A DNA stretch of 64,000 nucleotides, taken from positions 186,001 to 250,000 of the forward strand of contig OZ025780.1 of assembly GCA_964019425.1 (NCBI GenBank), given 5' to 3'. How positions within the stretch are numbered: the first letter of the stretch is position 1; every line of letters starts with the position of its first letter. The notes beneath the pieces were generated by a model. The model saw nothing but the letters and a program-made list of their open reading frames with translations. It was not told where the DNA came from and did no database searches. Shown here piece by piece: positions 9,069-21,564 of this stretch. This DNA comes from Flectonema sp. DT1601 (taxonomy: Eukaryota). Both the position numbers and the translations under genes were made by a program.

Positions 9069-11576
9069 ATTCCAGGGAAAGTTTGGTTTGTATACTTTAT
9101 TTTTATTTTATTTTATTTAATTTGTTAAAAGAAAACAGGTAACTTAGTTTACCTTTGATTTTATAACTTCACACAGGGTACTATGAACGATGAGAGATCC
9201 AGTGGGATCACTCAGGGTCTAGTAGAGACCACCAATGTTGTGCGTTGATAGGCAAGGTGACCAACCTTGACATTCTTTCTTTTCTCTCCTGTTGTGACAA
9301 ACACAAAATACACACACAGCTTACAGTGTGTTCTTTGTGTATGTTTTCTTCAGGTGTGAGTAGTTTTTTTGTTCTTGCTCTTCAGGGAGGGCCTTAGCCA
9401 AAAGCTAACAGTCCAAATCTCACCTGGTAACTTAACTCATGAGCATCGGCTCGAACGGCTCTGGCGAAGCGAGTGAACGAGTCTGATTGCTGAGTATTGT
9501 ATTCTGTTTTCTTGTTCTTTTTTTATTTATTTCAAACAGGGCAACAGGGGGAAAGTTTGGTTTGTATCCCCTGGGTGTTTAGCGTCACCTGTTGAGGTGT
9601 AATGTATTCTGTTTACTTCTATCCCTTGATGAGAAATTTCTCTCATTCATGCTAAGATGCACTCTGAACTTTGATTTTTTGATCTGAGTGTGAGGGAATG
9701 ACCTGTTAGTGCATTGGGCATAAGCTGGGCTGCAGTTTAGATGTCTTAGGTGTTAATAAGGGGTTCCTCTTAGCATTTTTCTTTGTTCCCACCTTATGAT
9801 TTTCTTGAAGAAAAAAAATAGAAGTCATAATGGTGCTTCCCTCTGGAAGGGTTGTAAGCCATGGTGTCCAACTAAATTAAAGGACAAGTCTGGGATAATC
9901 CCTGCCAGAGGGGCGAGTATTCTACCATGGTTGAAATACTCTGGCAACTGATCTTCAATTTTATGTTGTTTGTTAGCTGCTGGTGTAATTTAATCATGTG
10001 TTGATACTTGCATATGTTTATTTGTTATCTTTTACTACAATTACTCTTACCTATATCTTTTCTTTTTATTCTCTATCTGTTCTGGTCTGTTACTTCATTT
10101 GTCTTGTTTAACTTCAGTTATATGCATTTTACTTTTTATTGTTTCCCATCTACTTTTTATTTTCTATTAGTTCTGGTCAGAAACTCCTGGGCAGCAAGAA
10201 GGAAAGCAGTTTAGTACTTCTGGGTGTTTGGCATCACCCCCCATAGTGAGCAAGTACAACAGGTAGCATTGGTAGTCTGTTGATCCTGAGTGATCCCAGC
10301 TACAGTTTTGTTTTTCTTTCTTTTTTTTAGAAGGAAATCAGGACATCCAAGCACTGCTGGATAGTTGCTGAATGCAGGGCCTGCCTGTGGCATTATAATA
10401 ACAGGCTAAGTCATTTGTAGTTCATAGTTTACCTTAGATTTTATAACTTCACATAGGTACTATGAACGATGAGAGATCCAGTGGGATCACTCAGGGTCTA
10501 GTAGAGACCACCAATGTTGTGCGTTGATAGGCAAGGTGACCAACCTTGACATTCTTTCTTTTCTCTCCTGTTGTGACAAACACAAAATACACACACAGCT
10601 TACAGTGTGTTCTTTGTGTATGTTTTCTTCAGGTGTGAGTAGTTTTTTTGTTCTTGCTCTTCAGGGAGGGCCTTAGCCAAAAGCTAACAGTCCAAATCTC
10701 ACCTGGAAATTCAACTCATGCAAAGAACGGTATGTGTGCAGGGCTGGGTCACCTTACAGAGAACTGTTGTCCTCTTACACGTCATTCCAACCGAATTTCA
10801 AAGTCAAGACACCTGCGAGTTACAGACAGCCTGGTCGCAAGCGACACTCCTGTTTCTGACCGGGTTATCAGGGTATCTAACTCATGCAAGCATGAGAGCT
10901 TTTTTAAGGCTACTTTGAATTATCAAGAGCGCAGTACTGCCCGAAGGGTTCCCGCGTGTCAAGATGCATTTGCATGTACTGAGCAGAAGTTCCAGAGAGA
11001 AGATTACTTTTATCATTTCCCAAGCCATCACATCCTTAACCGTTTGTGTTATTAGCTTTCAATCAATCCATCAGATGAGTGTATCTAACTAACCAGGTCG
11101 ACAGGTGCACAAAAAAAAAAAAAGAATCTTCCGAAAAAAAAAAAAAAACGAGAAAAAAAAAAAAAAAAAAAAAAAAAAGGGGAAAAGGTCAGGTGACACA
11201 CAACAGCGAAAAAAAAGTACAGGTGGCACTGAGGCGATCGGCAGGGGTGGAGGTTTCACGAATTTTCACGATCCTTCACGGTTTGTCACGAGTTGTCACT
11301 ACCTATCACGAAAATTCACGAAAATTCACTGCCAAAAAGCATGGTGAAAAATCGTGAATTTTCGTGAATAATCGTGAATTTTCGTGAATTTCGATAAAGT
11401 GGGAAGTAACGGACTGGGAGCTTTTGGCTCCTGCCCTATTCCCGATGTAAACTTTCTTTTTATTTTTATTTTTTTTTAACAGGCCCAAAGGGCGACAATG
11501 ATGGTTGCTGACCAAGGAATAATATTCAAATGAATTTTCGTTTCAAAGAAACGAACAGAATTAAGAGAGAGGCAGA

Positions 11577-11610
<34 letters not shown>

Positions 11611-11670
11611 GAAAAAAAAAAATGAAGAGGAAATAATCAAACATGAAAAAAAAAAAAAAAAAATATATAT

Positions 11671-14590
11671 TAGTCATTCCAAAAATAACCGGCCGCGAAA
11701 ACCAGTTTTGCTTCGAGCAGCCGTTGGTCAAAAATGCATCCATTTTCGAGATTTTTTTACGAGGTGGAAAGGTTCGGCCCCAATCTCTCATTTTACGCGG
11801 TGGGATTATTTTTTTTTCACTTTTTTTACTGACCGTTGGAACCCGACAGGTGCGTTATGGGTACTAAGAGAATGTCACTGCCGGCACGGAAAAGTTAATC
11901 CTGTTGCTGCATTTAATTTTTTTCTGGAAAAAAAAGGGAAATGCATCAGAGATTGGCATTTTTTCTCGTAACTACACTTATTATTCCCTTCAGCACCAGC
12001 TTAAACTTCTCTCAATGAAGTGTCACACGTGCCACGAGATGCCAGCTGAGTATGTCGTCGCGGATTTGCCAGGACCGGTAATGAGGACGCTAGATCGGAG
12101 TGGGACAAAAGGCAACATCTGCATCGCATGCCTCCGGAAATACAAACACTTCGGGAATACAAGAACCGACAAGGCGTGCTCCTCAGACAACTACAACTGC
12201 ACCTCGCACACTAACGCGAAAAGACGGAATCCGAAGTTCAACAAGCTTCTTGAGCCACCCTGCCGTGACTTCGCGGTAGTCTTGAAATCCCCGGCGTATG
12301 CTCCTCTGCGCTCAATCTGCAACGCTTGCTACCAGCGAGCAAAAAGGCTGACTAGTGATCCGCATTACGCATCCGTCAGTATCCCTGCAGAGCCGATCAA
12401 TCCGGAACCGCTCTCAGATATTTTTGAACGTGTGAAAGAATCAGTTCCTGCTGTCCGTTCTCAGTTTTTGAGACTCTGTCTCACGCTAGGCTACACTGAT
12501 AGCCAGATTAATGCCCATGTCAGGGATTCTTCAATGCGTAAGCAGCTACAGAGGCTGGAACAGCACGATCCCTCCCAATCAGTAAAGCAGCGCAGCCAAG
12601 ACAGAGACATCTGGAACTTCTGGATTTCCAATGCACGCCCTGAGTCAAACCGCGTGGTCCTCAGCAAAGACTACATAACCGGCGAGACAAGTAAAGAGAC
12701 AGTCCTCTATGTAAGAGAACCATACCTTGCCTTGTGGAGTGCCTTCTGCAGAACTCACGCAGCTATCTCATATGCTCAGTTTTGTGACAAAAGGCCTGCT
12801 CATGTCAAATCTTGTCCGAATAACCCTCGATGCCGTTGCAGGTGGCACATGCAAATTGCACTTATCCTTCCTGCTTATATAAGACTTGTGGGCCTGAGAA
12901 GATTTCAGCTAACCCGCTTGAGTGACCTACCACTCATACTATGTCGAGACCCGTCTTACAACTGCTTCTTTGGCCACTGCAACCAATGCAGGCCGTTGAA
13001 CTTATTCTATCCCAAGGCGTTAAAATCCTGTGGATCAAAAATAGTTGAATACCAGACGTTAGGAAACGTTAAAATTGAAAGGGCGCAGGTTATGAGACCT
13101 ACATATCGCGAGGTTGCGCTGAAGCAATTTGTAGATGTGTTTCACACAGAGGTCTCGAAGTATTTGAAACACCACCACGCTCATCTTACATGTGTTGCAG
13201 CTAGGCAACAATTAACTTCTCACATTGGGGAGCACGACTGCGTACTGTACCTCGACTATGCTGCGAAGTATGTGCACGAGGTTTTCGAGCAGCTTCAAAC
13301 GGACAACTATAATAAGTCCAAAACTTCGATATTTGTGGCGATGATCGGAACGCGTAAAAATGGCCAACCCTTAAAGTTCACTACGAAGTACTACATCTCA
13401 CCGGATCTCAGTCAACGGCACTTTAATGTAATTACAATACTCGACCATATCGTCCATGAACTTGACGTCTCCCGTATTCACATATTTTCTGATGGCGCTA
13501 ATCATTTCAAAGAAGCTCATCTAATTGGGTGGATACTCAGATCCAGTCTAGAGGTTGTCTGGAATTTCTTCCCTACCGGACACGGACACGGCATGTGGGA
13601 CAGTGAAGGATTTCAAATAAAACGTTTCGCTACGGAGGTAATGAGAAATACGATGCCATACGACATGGAACATAAGATTCAAGATGCTGCATCGCTTTTG
13701 AACTATGCCAAAAAACATATGCCACCACCGAACCCGACCTCTAACATACGAAGTCGAGAGTTTCACTACGTGCCGGACATCCAGAAATCCGAGTGTACAA
13801 CGACAGTTCGTATAAAGGACATCCGCAGCAGCATATTCTGCTTTAGCTCTCTGGGTCAGAGGGGCACTGTTGGACACCGGCCGTTGTCCTGCTACTGCAA
13901 ACACTGCATTGTCGGAAACTTTGAAAATTGCGTTGTACCTGGTGCTGGCTGCTTTGTACCGATTGATGAAGATGATCCAAATGTGGGGGTTGGTGCGAGC
14001 CAACTTTCACCTGCTACCAACACTGAGAGTGAGTCTATTTCAGAAACAACTGAACTCACCTCAGATTCTGGTGAGTCTTCTACTGGCTCTTACTCTGTTA
14101 GTGAATCTAGTTCTAGTTCCAGTTTCAGCTCGCTGCGTTCAACTAGTTCTATTATCTGTGCAGTGCCGGTAGGAAAACGAAGAAAGCCAGCAGTAAAAGT
14201 TGCCAAAAGAGCTAAGCCTAATCAAAAATAAAAATAGGCTAAGTGTAGTGTAAGATGTACAAGGTACTGTTTTGCTTCGAGCAGCCTTTGTAACTGTTTC
14301 AGAGTAAAACATCCGACCAGGTACGGCCGGATATAGAACCATATACCGATCTTTCATTTTAGCACCCGGGGCAGCCGATTAGACATCAACAGTTCCATTA
14401 TTCAAAATTTTCACCACACAAAAATGTCACAATTTTTTTGAATTTCAGCTGCATTTTTTTGAATCGCAGCGGGAATGAAATCAGCGGTGCAAAAGCGATT
14501 AAAATGGGTATTCGGTTTTAAGTTTTACTCCCTATTTTCACCCATGAAATACTGGAACCCTAAAATGGACGGTTATTTTTGGAATGACTA
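11671..14590 (+). mobile_element. Full-length Sola2-like DNA transposon (2920 bp)
   Basis: 21-bp perfect TIR TAGTCATTCCAAAAATAACCG. Inserted in a (TA)n run. Comparison with the empty site at 4211-4224 gives 4 extra bp (ATAT TSD, or TA if the termini are TTAGTC). Encodes a transposase. Confidence 0.93.
12015..14231 (+). CDS. Sola2-like DDD transposase (738 aa from the first ATG)
   Basis: Motifs CxCxWH, CxxGxCxxC, LYLDYAAKY, IFSDGANHFK, WNFFPTGHGHGMWDSEG..IKR and LSCYCxxC resemble Sola2 (DFxENY / SDG / FFxTxHGKGxxDGxG). Ser-rich tail with a basic NLS-like end. Confidence 0.85.
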   Translation: MKCHTCHEMPAEYVVADLPGPVMRTLDRSGTKGNICIACLRKYKHFGNTRTDKACSSDNYNCTSHTNAKRRNPKFNKLLEPPCRDFAVVLKSPAYAPLRSICNACYQRAKRLTSDPHYASVSIPAEPINPEPLSDIFERVKESVPAVRSQFLRLCLTLGYTDSQINAHVRDSSMRKQLQRLEQHDPSQSVKQRSQDRDIWNFWISNARPESNRVVLSKDYITGETSKETVLYVREPYLALWSAFCRTHAAISYAQFCDKRPAHVKSCPNNPRCRCRWHMQIALILPAYIRLVGLRRFQLTRLSDLPLILCRDPSYNCFFGHCNQCRPLNLFYPKALKSCGSKIVEYQTLGNVKIERAQVMRPTYREVALKQFVDVFHTEVSKYLKHHHAHLTCVAARQQLTSHIGEHDCVLYLDYAAKYVHEVFEQLQTDNYNKSKTSIFVAMIGTRKNGQPLKFTTKYYISPDLSQRHFNVITILDHIVHELDVSRIHIFSDGANHFKEAHLIGWILRSSLEVVWNFFPTGHGHGMWDSEGFQIKRFATEVMRNTMPYDMEHKIQDAASLLNYAKKHMPPPNPTSNIRSREFHYVPDIQKSECTTTVRIKDIRSSIFCFSSLGQRGTVGHRPLSCYCKHCIVGNFENCVVPGAGCFVPIDEDDPNVGVGASQLSPATNTESESISETTELTSDSGESSTGSYSVSESSSSSSFSSLRSTSSIICAVPVGKRRKPAVKVAKRAKPNQK

Positions 14591-14767
14591 ATATATATAT
14601 AAATAAAAAACGTTGTATGAAAAAGGAAAAAAAAAGAAGAAAAAAAAGACCAGAAAAGGAAAGAGAAAATGAAAAGGTATAATATTATTGTGGGGATATG
14701 AGGGATAGCAGGGAGATGCTCTTTTTTTTTTTTTTTTTTTTTCTTATTTATTATTTAAAAAAAGAAA

Positions 14768-16055
14768 CAATCAGTTTAGCGTCTCGATCAGGACGGAAAA
14801 TAGAAATTAATCGACATAGTTGATCGATAGAAAAAAAAACAATGATAACATTGTTTATTCATTTTTTTTTTTTTTTTTTTTTTTAAACCTTTTTAATTGT
14901 TTTAAAGAAAAAACAATCAGTTTAGCGTCTTGACCAGGACGGAAAATAGTAAGTAATCGACATAGTCGATCGATAAAAAAAAAACAATGATAACATTGTT
15001 TATTCCTTTTTTTTTTTTTTTATTCTTTTTATTTATTTTTAAAGAAAAAACAATCAGTTTAGCGTCCTGACCAGGACGGAAAATAGAAAGTAATCGACAT
15101 AGTCGATCGATAAAAAAAACAATGATAACATTGTTTATTCTTTTTTTTTTTTTTTTTTTTTAATTCTTTTTATTTATTTTTAAAAAGAAAAAAAAATGGA
15201 AAATAGAAATTAGTCAACAAAGTCGAACGATAAAAAAAAACAATGATAACATTGTTTATTCTTTTTTTTTTTATTTTTTTTATATTCTTTTTTATTAATT
15301 TTGAAAAAAAAACAATCAGTTTAGCGTCTTGACCAGGACGGAAAATAGAAAGTAATCGACATAGTCGATCGATAAAAAAAACAATGATAACATTGTTTAT
15401 TCTTTTTTTTTTTTATTTTAAATTCTTTTTATTTATTTTTTAAAGAAAAAAAACGGAAAATAGAAATTAGTCGACAAAGTCGAACGATAAAAAAAAACAA
15501 TGATAACATTGTTTATTCTTTTTTTTGTATTTTTTTATATTCTTTTTTATTAATTTTGAAAAAAAAACAATCAGTTTAGCGTCTTGACCAGGACGGAAAA
15601 TAGGAAGTAATCGACATAGTCGATCGATAAAAAACAATGATAACATTGTTTATTCTTTTTTTTTTTTTTTTTTTTAAATTCTTTTTATTTATTTTTTAAA
15701 GAAAAAAAAACGGAAAATAGAAATTAGTCAACAAAGTCGAACGATAAAAAAAAAACAATGATAACATTGTTTATTCTTTTTTTTTATTTTTTTTTTTTAA
15801 TATTTTTTTTTTATTTTGAAAAAAAAACAATCAGTTTAGCGTCTTGACCAGGACGGAAAATAGAAAGTAATCGACATAGTCGATCGATAAAAAAAACAAT
15901 GATAACATTGTTTATTCTTTTTTTTGTATTTTTTTATATTCTTTTTTATTAATTTTGAAAAAAAAAAAACAATCAGTTTAGCGTCTTGACCAGGACGGAA
16001 AATAGAAAGTGATCGACATAGTCGATCGATAAAAAAACAATGATAACATTGTTTA

Positions 16056-16086
<31 letters not shown>

Positions 16087-17362
16087 TTCTTTTTATTTAT
16101 TTTTTAAAGAAAAAAAAAACGGAAAATAGAAATTAGTCAACAAAGTCGAACGATAAAAAAAACAATGATAACATTGTTTATTCTTTTTTTTTATTTTTTT
16201 TTTTTAATATTTTTTTTTATTTTGAAAAAAAAAAAACAATCAGTTTAGCGTCTTGACCAGGACGGAAAATAGAAAGTAATCGACATAGTCGATCGATAAA
16301 AAAAAACAATGATAACATTGTTTATTCTTTTTTTTTATTTTAAATTCTTTTTATTTATTTTTTAAAGAAAAAAAACGGAAAATAGAAATTAGTCGACAAA
16401 GTCGAACGATAAAAAAAAACAATGATAACATTGTTTATTCTTTTTTTTTGTATTTTTTTTAATATTCTTTTTTATTAATTTTGAAAAAAAAAAACAATCA
16501 GTTTAGCGTCTTGACCAGGACGGAAAATAGAAAGTGATCGACATAGTCGATCGATAAAAAAACAATGATAACATTGTTTATTCTTTTTTTTTATTTTAAA
16601 TTCTTTTTATTTATTCTTTAAAGAAAAGAAACGGAAAATAGAAATTAGTCGACAAAGTCGAACGATAAAAAAAAACAATGATAACATTGTTTATTCTTTT
16701 TTTTTTGTATTTTTTTAATATTCTTTTTTATTAATTTTGAAAAAAAAAAACAATCAGTTTAGCGTCTTGACCAGGACGGAAAATAGAAAGTGATCGACAT
16801 AGTCGATCGATAAAAAAACAATGATAACATTGTTTATTCTTTTTTTTTATTTTAAATTCTTTTTATTTATTTTTTAAAGAAAAAAAAAAACGGAAAATAG
16901 AAATTAGTCGACAAAGTCGAACGATAAAAAAAAACAATGATAACATTGTTTTTCCTTTTTTTTTTTTTTTTTTTATATTCTTTTTTATTAATTTTGAAAA
17001 AAAAAAACAATCAGTTTAGCGTCTTGACCAGGACGGAAAATAGAAAGTGATCGACATAGTCGATCGATAAAAAAACAATGATAACATTGTTTATTCTTTT
17101 TTTTTATTTTAAATTCTTTTTATTTTTTCTTTAAAGAAAAGAAACGGAAAATAGAAATTAGTCGACAAAGTCGAACGATAAAAAAAAAACAATGATAACA
17201 TTGTTTATTCTTTTTTTTTTTTTTTTTTTTATATTTTTTTTTATTAATTTTGAAAAAAAAACAATCAGTTTAGCGTCTTGACCAGGACGGAAAATAGAAA
17301 GTGATCGACATAGTCGATCGATAAAAAAACAATGATAACATTGTTTATTCTTTTTTTTTTTT
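14768..17362. repeat. Satellite array, duplicate of 4391-6990
   Basis: Same monomers and the same order of variants. Confidence 0.95.
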
Positions 17363-17645
17363 ATTTTTTTGATTTTTTTGATATTGAGATTTGTGGTTTG
17401 GTAAAAAAAACTACTCAGGGGGGGCCTGAACTGCTTCGTAGTTGTCATCGGTGCTTGTTAATCCTATCGTTCTCTACAGTTTATTGTTAATACTACTTCT
17501 CTTTAATCCAGCTCTTGTTACAGTTTCATGTGGTTGCTGAACTATTCTAGCACAGGTGGGTTGATAGGCATGTGTGGTGATCGTTGAAGTGGTGGTGCTT
17601 GTTAATCCTATCGTTCTCTAAAGTTTATTGTGGTAATGCATTCAC

Positions 17646-18296
17646 ATGGCTCTCGTAAGAGTAACAGTGCAACTTCGCGATTCCTTGCCAGCAGAGATCT
17701 TGCTGTATGTGACTAGCAGATCAAAGCTGTTAGATGTATTGGGTGGTATGGGACTAGAAGTTGAAGATGACTTGGAGGTTAGGGCTCGTGTTGCTGGCAC
17801 GGATGGCATGCTGATCTGGTGCGATGAGAAGATTGGTGAGGTTGACGGTGTATCGCAATACACTGTTGCTGGGACCCTGCATCTCCGCCCACAGCCACCA
17901 AGTACAGTTGTCCCGATCCTCTTGCAGCACATCGCCATGCGCCGCATTCCGCAGTTTACCCGCCAGCTTCATGGTCTTGACTCTGTCAGTTATTGGGCTG
18001 CACGAAGAGAGATGATCCGGTGGTTGTATGTGCAGGATTGTGTGTTTCTCATTCGCAACCGAGAAAGTACCTTCTGCCTGGTAAGTGACGCAACATCTGT
18101 GACAGAAAATTCTTCAGCGCTGCACATCACTGCTGCTACAGCTACGACTGCATGCTATAGTCTTGCATGCAGACTGACACAGAGCCACCAAGCTCAAAGT
18201 AAATCATTCTGTGACACACTACGACGTGCGCTGCACCACTTCCAGCAGCTCGGGTCAAGTACTCTCATCGTCGCAGGCGGGCATACGCTTACCTGA
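17646..18296 (+). CDS. Identical duplicate of the 216-aa hypothetical ORF
   Basis: Translation identical to 7272-7922. Confidence 0.45.
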   Translation: MALVRVTVQLRDSLPAEILLYVTSRSKLLDVLGGMGLEVEDDLEVRARVAGTDGMLIWCDEKIGEVDGVSQYTVAGTLHLRPQPPSTVVPILLQHIAMRRIPQFTRQLHGLDSVSYWAARREMIRWLYVQDCVFLIRNRESTFCLVSDATSVTENSSALHITAATATTACYSLACRLTQSHQAQSKSFCDTLRRALHHFQQLGSSTLIVAGGHTLT

Positions 18297-19991
18297 TGTC
18301 TCTCAGTAACGAGGAAATGGGCAACATCATGGAGTTCATGTGTGCACAATATAGTATTGTGAATGGTGTGCTCAGACGTCTCATCTCATTCTCCCGGAGC
18401 ATCGCACTCCGCGACAACTTCTCCAGTTTTGGGCAGAGGTTGCACGTGACATGTCAGAGGCAGCCACAATTGACATCTCATATTTGCTGAATGATCATGG
18501 TCGGGTTGTTACAGAACAGAACAGTCTGAACGAGAATGAGCCCCCTCAGTGATTAAACCCACCGCACACGCGATGCGCCGGTCCAAAGTCCGGAACCTCA
18601 CCACAAGCGATGGTCAGGAAGGGTGATGGGTCACTGGGCACAAGCGATGCCCATTTAGTTGTCAAAGTGACATGTATGGCAAACTGAACAGGTTTGACAT
18701 CGCACAGCACACCAGCACCAATGGTACCATCTGGATATCACTCACTTTTTTCACTAGAATTCACACATTTTCACACATTTTCACACATTTTCACACATTT
18801 TCACACATTTTCACACATTTTCACGGGATTTCACTACCAGAAAACAGCAAAAAATTAAGTGAAAAATCGTGAATTTTCGTGTAGCAAAGTGAAAAATCGT
18901 GAACACCTCCACCCTGCCGATCGCCTCAGGCACACAACAGCGAAAAAAAAGTTTAGGTGGCACACAATAGCGAAAAAAAAAAAGAAAAAAAAACACAACG
19001 GAGAAAAATTCTTTTAGGTGGACTACAACGGAGAAAAATAAAGTTTTGGGGTAGCAACGGAGAATTTTCCTATTATACCTCTTCATTTTCTCTTTCCTTT
19101 TCTGGTCTTTTTTTTTTTTTTTTCTTTTTTTTCCTTTTTCATACAACGTTTTTTATTTATATTTTATTTTTTTTTTTAATTTTTTTCATGTTTGATTATT
19201 TCCTCTTCATATTTTTTTTTCTTTTCTTTCTTTTTTTTTTTTTCTCTGCCTCTCTCTTAATTCTGTTCGTTTCTTTGAAACGAAAATTCATTTGAATATT
19301 ATTCCTTGGTCAGCAACAGTCATTGTCGCCCTCTGGGCCTGTTAAAAAAAAAAAAAAAAATAAAAAGAAAGTTTACATCGGGAATAGGGCAGGAGCCAAA
19401 AGCTCCCAGTCCGTTACTTCCCACTCTATCGAATTCCAGGGAAAGTTTGGTTTGTATACTTTATTTTTATTTTATTTTATTTAATTTGTTAAAAGAAAAC
19501 AGGTAACTTAGTTTACCTTTGATTTTATAACTTCACACAGGGTACTATGAACGATGAGAGATCCAGTGGGATCACTCAGGGTCTAGTAGAGACCACCAAT
19601 GTTGTGCGTTGATAGGCAAGGTGACCAACCTTGACATTCTTTCTTTTCTCTCCTGTTGTGACAAACACAAAATACACACACAGCTTACAGTGTGTTCTTT
19701 GTGTATGTTTTCTTCAGGTGTGAGTAGTTTTTTTGTTCTTGCTCTTCAGGGAGGGCCTTAGCCAAAAGCTAACAGTCCAAATCTCACCTGGTAACTTAAC
19801 TCATGAGCATCGGCTCGAACGGCTCTGGCGAAGCGAGTGAACGAGTCTGATTGCTGAGTATTGTATTCTGTTTTCTTGTTCTTTTTTTATTTATTTCAAA
19901 CAGGGCAACAGGGGGAAAGTTTGGTTTGTATCCCCTGGGTGTTTAGCGTCACCTGTTGAGGTGTAATGTATTCTGTTTACTTCTATCCCTT

Positions 19992-21318
19992 GATGAGAAA
20001 TTTCTCTCATTCATGCTAAGATGCACTCTGAACTTTGATTTTTTGATCTGAGTGTGAGGGAATGACCTGTTAGTGCATTGGGCATAAGCTGGGCTGCAGT
20101 TTAGATGTCTTAGGTGTTAATAAGGGGTTCCTCTTAGCATTTTTCTTTGTTCCCACCTTATGATTTTCTTGAAGAAAAAAAATAGAAGTCATAATGGTGC
20201 TTCCCTCTGGAAGGGTTGTAAGCCATGGTGTCCAACTAAATTAAAGGACAAGTCTGGGATAATCCCTGCCAGAGGGGCGAGTATTCTACCATGGTTGAAA
20301 TACTCTGGCAACTGATCTTCAATTTTATGTTGTTTGTTAGCTGTTGGTGTATCTTGATCATGTGTTGATACTTGCATTTTTTTTATTTGTAATCTTTCAC
20401 TACAATCATTCTTGCCTATATCTTTTATTTTTATTCTCTATCTGTTCTGGTCTGTTACCTCATTTGTCTTGTTTAACTTCAGTTATATCCATTTTACTTT
20501 TTATTATTTCCCATCTACTTTTTATTTTCTATTAGTTCTGGTCAGAAACTCCTGGGCAGCAAGAAGGAAAGTAGTTAGAAGTACTTCTGGGTGTTTGGCA
20601 TCACCCCCCATAGTGAGCAAGTACAACAGGTAGCATTGGTAGTCTGTTGATCCTGAGTGATCCCAGCTACAGTTTTGTTTTTCTTTCTTTTTTTTAGAAG
20701 AAGATCAGGACATCCAAGCACTGCTGGATAGTTGCTGAATGCAGGGCCTGCCTGTGATTATAATAACAGGCTAAGTCATTTGTAGTTCATAGTTTACCTT
20801 TGATTTTATAACTTCACATAGGTACTATGAACGATGAGAGATCCAGTGGGATCACTCAGGGTCTAGTAGAGACCACCAATGTTGTGCGTTGATAGGCAAG
20901 GTGACCAACCTTGACATTCTTTCTTTTCTCTCCTGTTGTGACAAACACAAAATACACACACAGCTTACAGTGTGTTCTTTGTGTATGTTTTCTTCAGGTG
21001 TGAGTAGTTTTTTTGTTCTTGCTCTTCAGGGAGGGCTTAACTAAAAGCTAACAGTCCAAATCTCACCTGGTAATTCAACTCTTTGTTATAAAAGTTGCTA
21101 AGTATTTCTCAGCTCAATTAGCTACAAAGTGTTTCTACTAAGTGTTTCTCACTTAGATTTTTATTTTAATGTTTGTTTTCTATCTCCTCTCCTATCCCTT
21201 TTATTCAAAAAAAGTGATGGGAAATTCTCTCATTCACGCTAAGATGCACTCTGAACTTTGATTTTTTTGATCTGAGTGTGAGGGAATGTCCTGTTAATGC
21301 ATTGGGCATAAGCTGAGC
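19992..21318. repeat. Complete insertion-free B monomer plus the diverged start of the next one
   Basis: Lacks both the MITE and any insert after ...TTCAACTC. The next monomer starts at 21216. Confidence 0.88.
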
Positions 21319-21387
21319 CACAGAAAACAGTGCTCAGTTAAGTGGCAAATTACCAAAGTAGTAACCAAATGGACACAGGTAGAAAAG

Positions 21388-21469
21388 TGACAGGAGTGGG
21401 GTTTGAACCCACGCATCCGAAGATAGAGGAACTTGAGTCCTCCGCCTTAGACCGCTCGGCCATCCTGCC
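21388..21469 (-). tRNA. tRNA-Leu(CAA)
   Basis: Minus strand reads GGCAGGATGGCCGAGCGGTCTAAGGCGGAGGACT-CAA-GTTCCTC..GGTTCAAACCCCACTCCTGTCA. Full cloverleaf with a long variable arm, followed by TTTT. Confidence 0.97.
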
Positions 21470-21564
21470 CATATTAGGTTTTTTTTTTTATTTATTTCTT
21501 TTTTATTTAACCCCCTTAGCAGACCTTATTTTTTTTATTTTTTTTCTTTTTTTTGTGCTACAGT

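Larger units (their letters stand above)
2175..9627. repeat. Tandem segmental duplication, unit 1 (7453 bp)
   Basis: Constant offset of 7453 (GATGAGAAATTTCTC at 2175 and 9628; ORFs at 2555/10008 and 3195/10648). Confidence 0.96.
11229..18929. mobile_element. Second copy of the GCA-TSD TIR element, with the nested Sola2-like transposon
   Basis: Same TIRs and GCA flanks as 3776-8565. Confidence 0.8.
9628..19991. repeat. Tandem segmental duplication, unit 2 (includes the transposon insertion)
   Basis: Length 10364 = 7453 + 2924 (insertion plus TSD) - 13 (small repeat-length changes). Confidence 0.95.

Noticed and set aside
2175..9627. Diplonemid mitochondrial chromosome (constant region plus cassette)
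   Set aside because: The inserts I translated do not resemble respiratory-chain modules, and the unit holds nuclear-type transposons.
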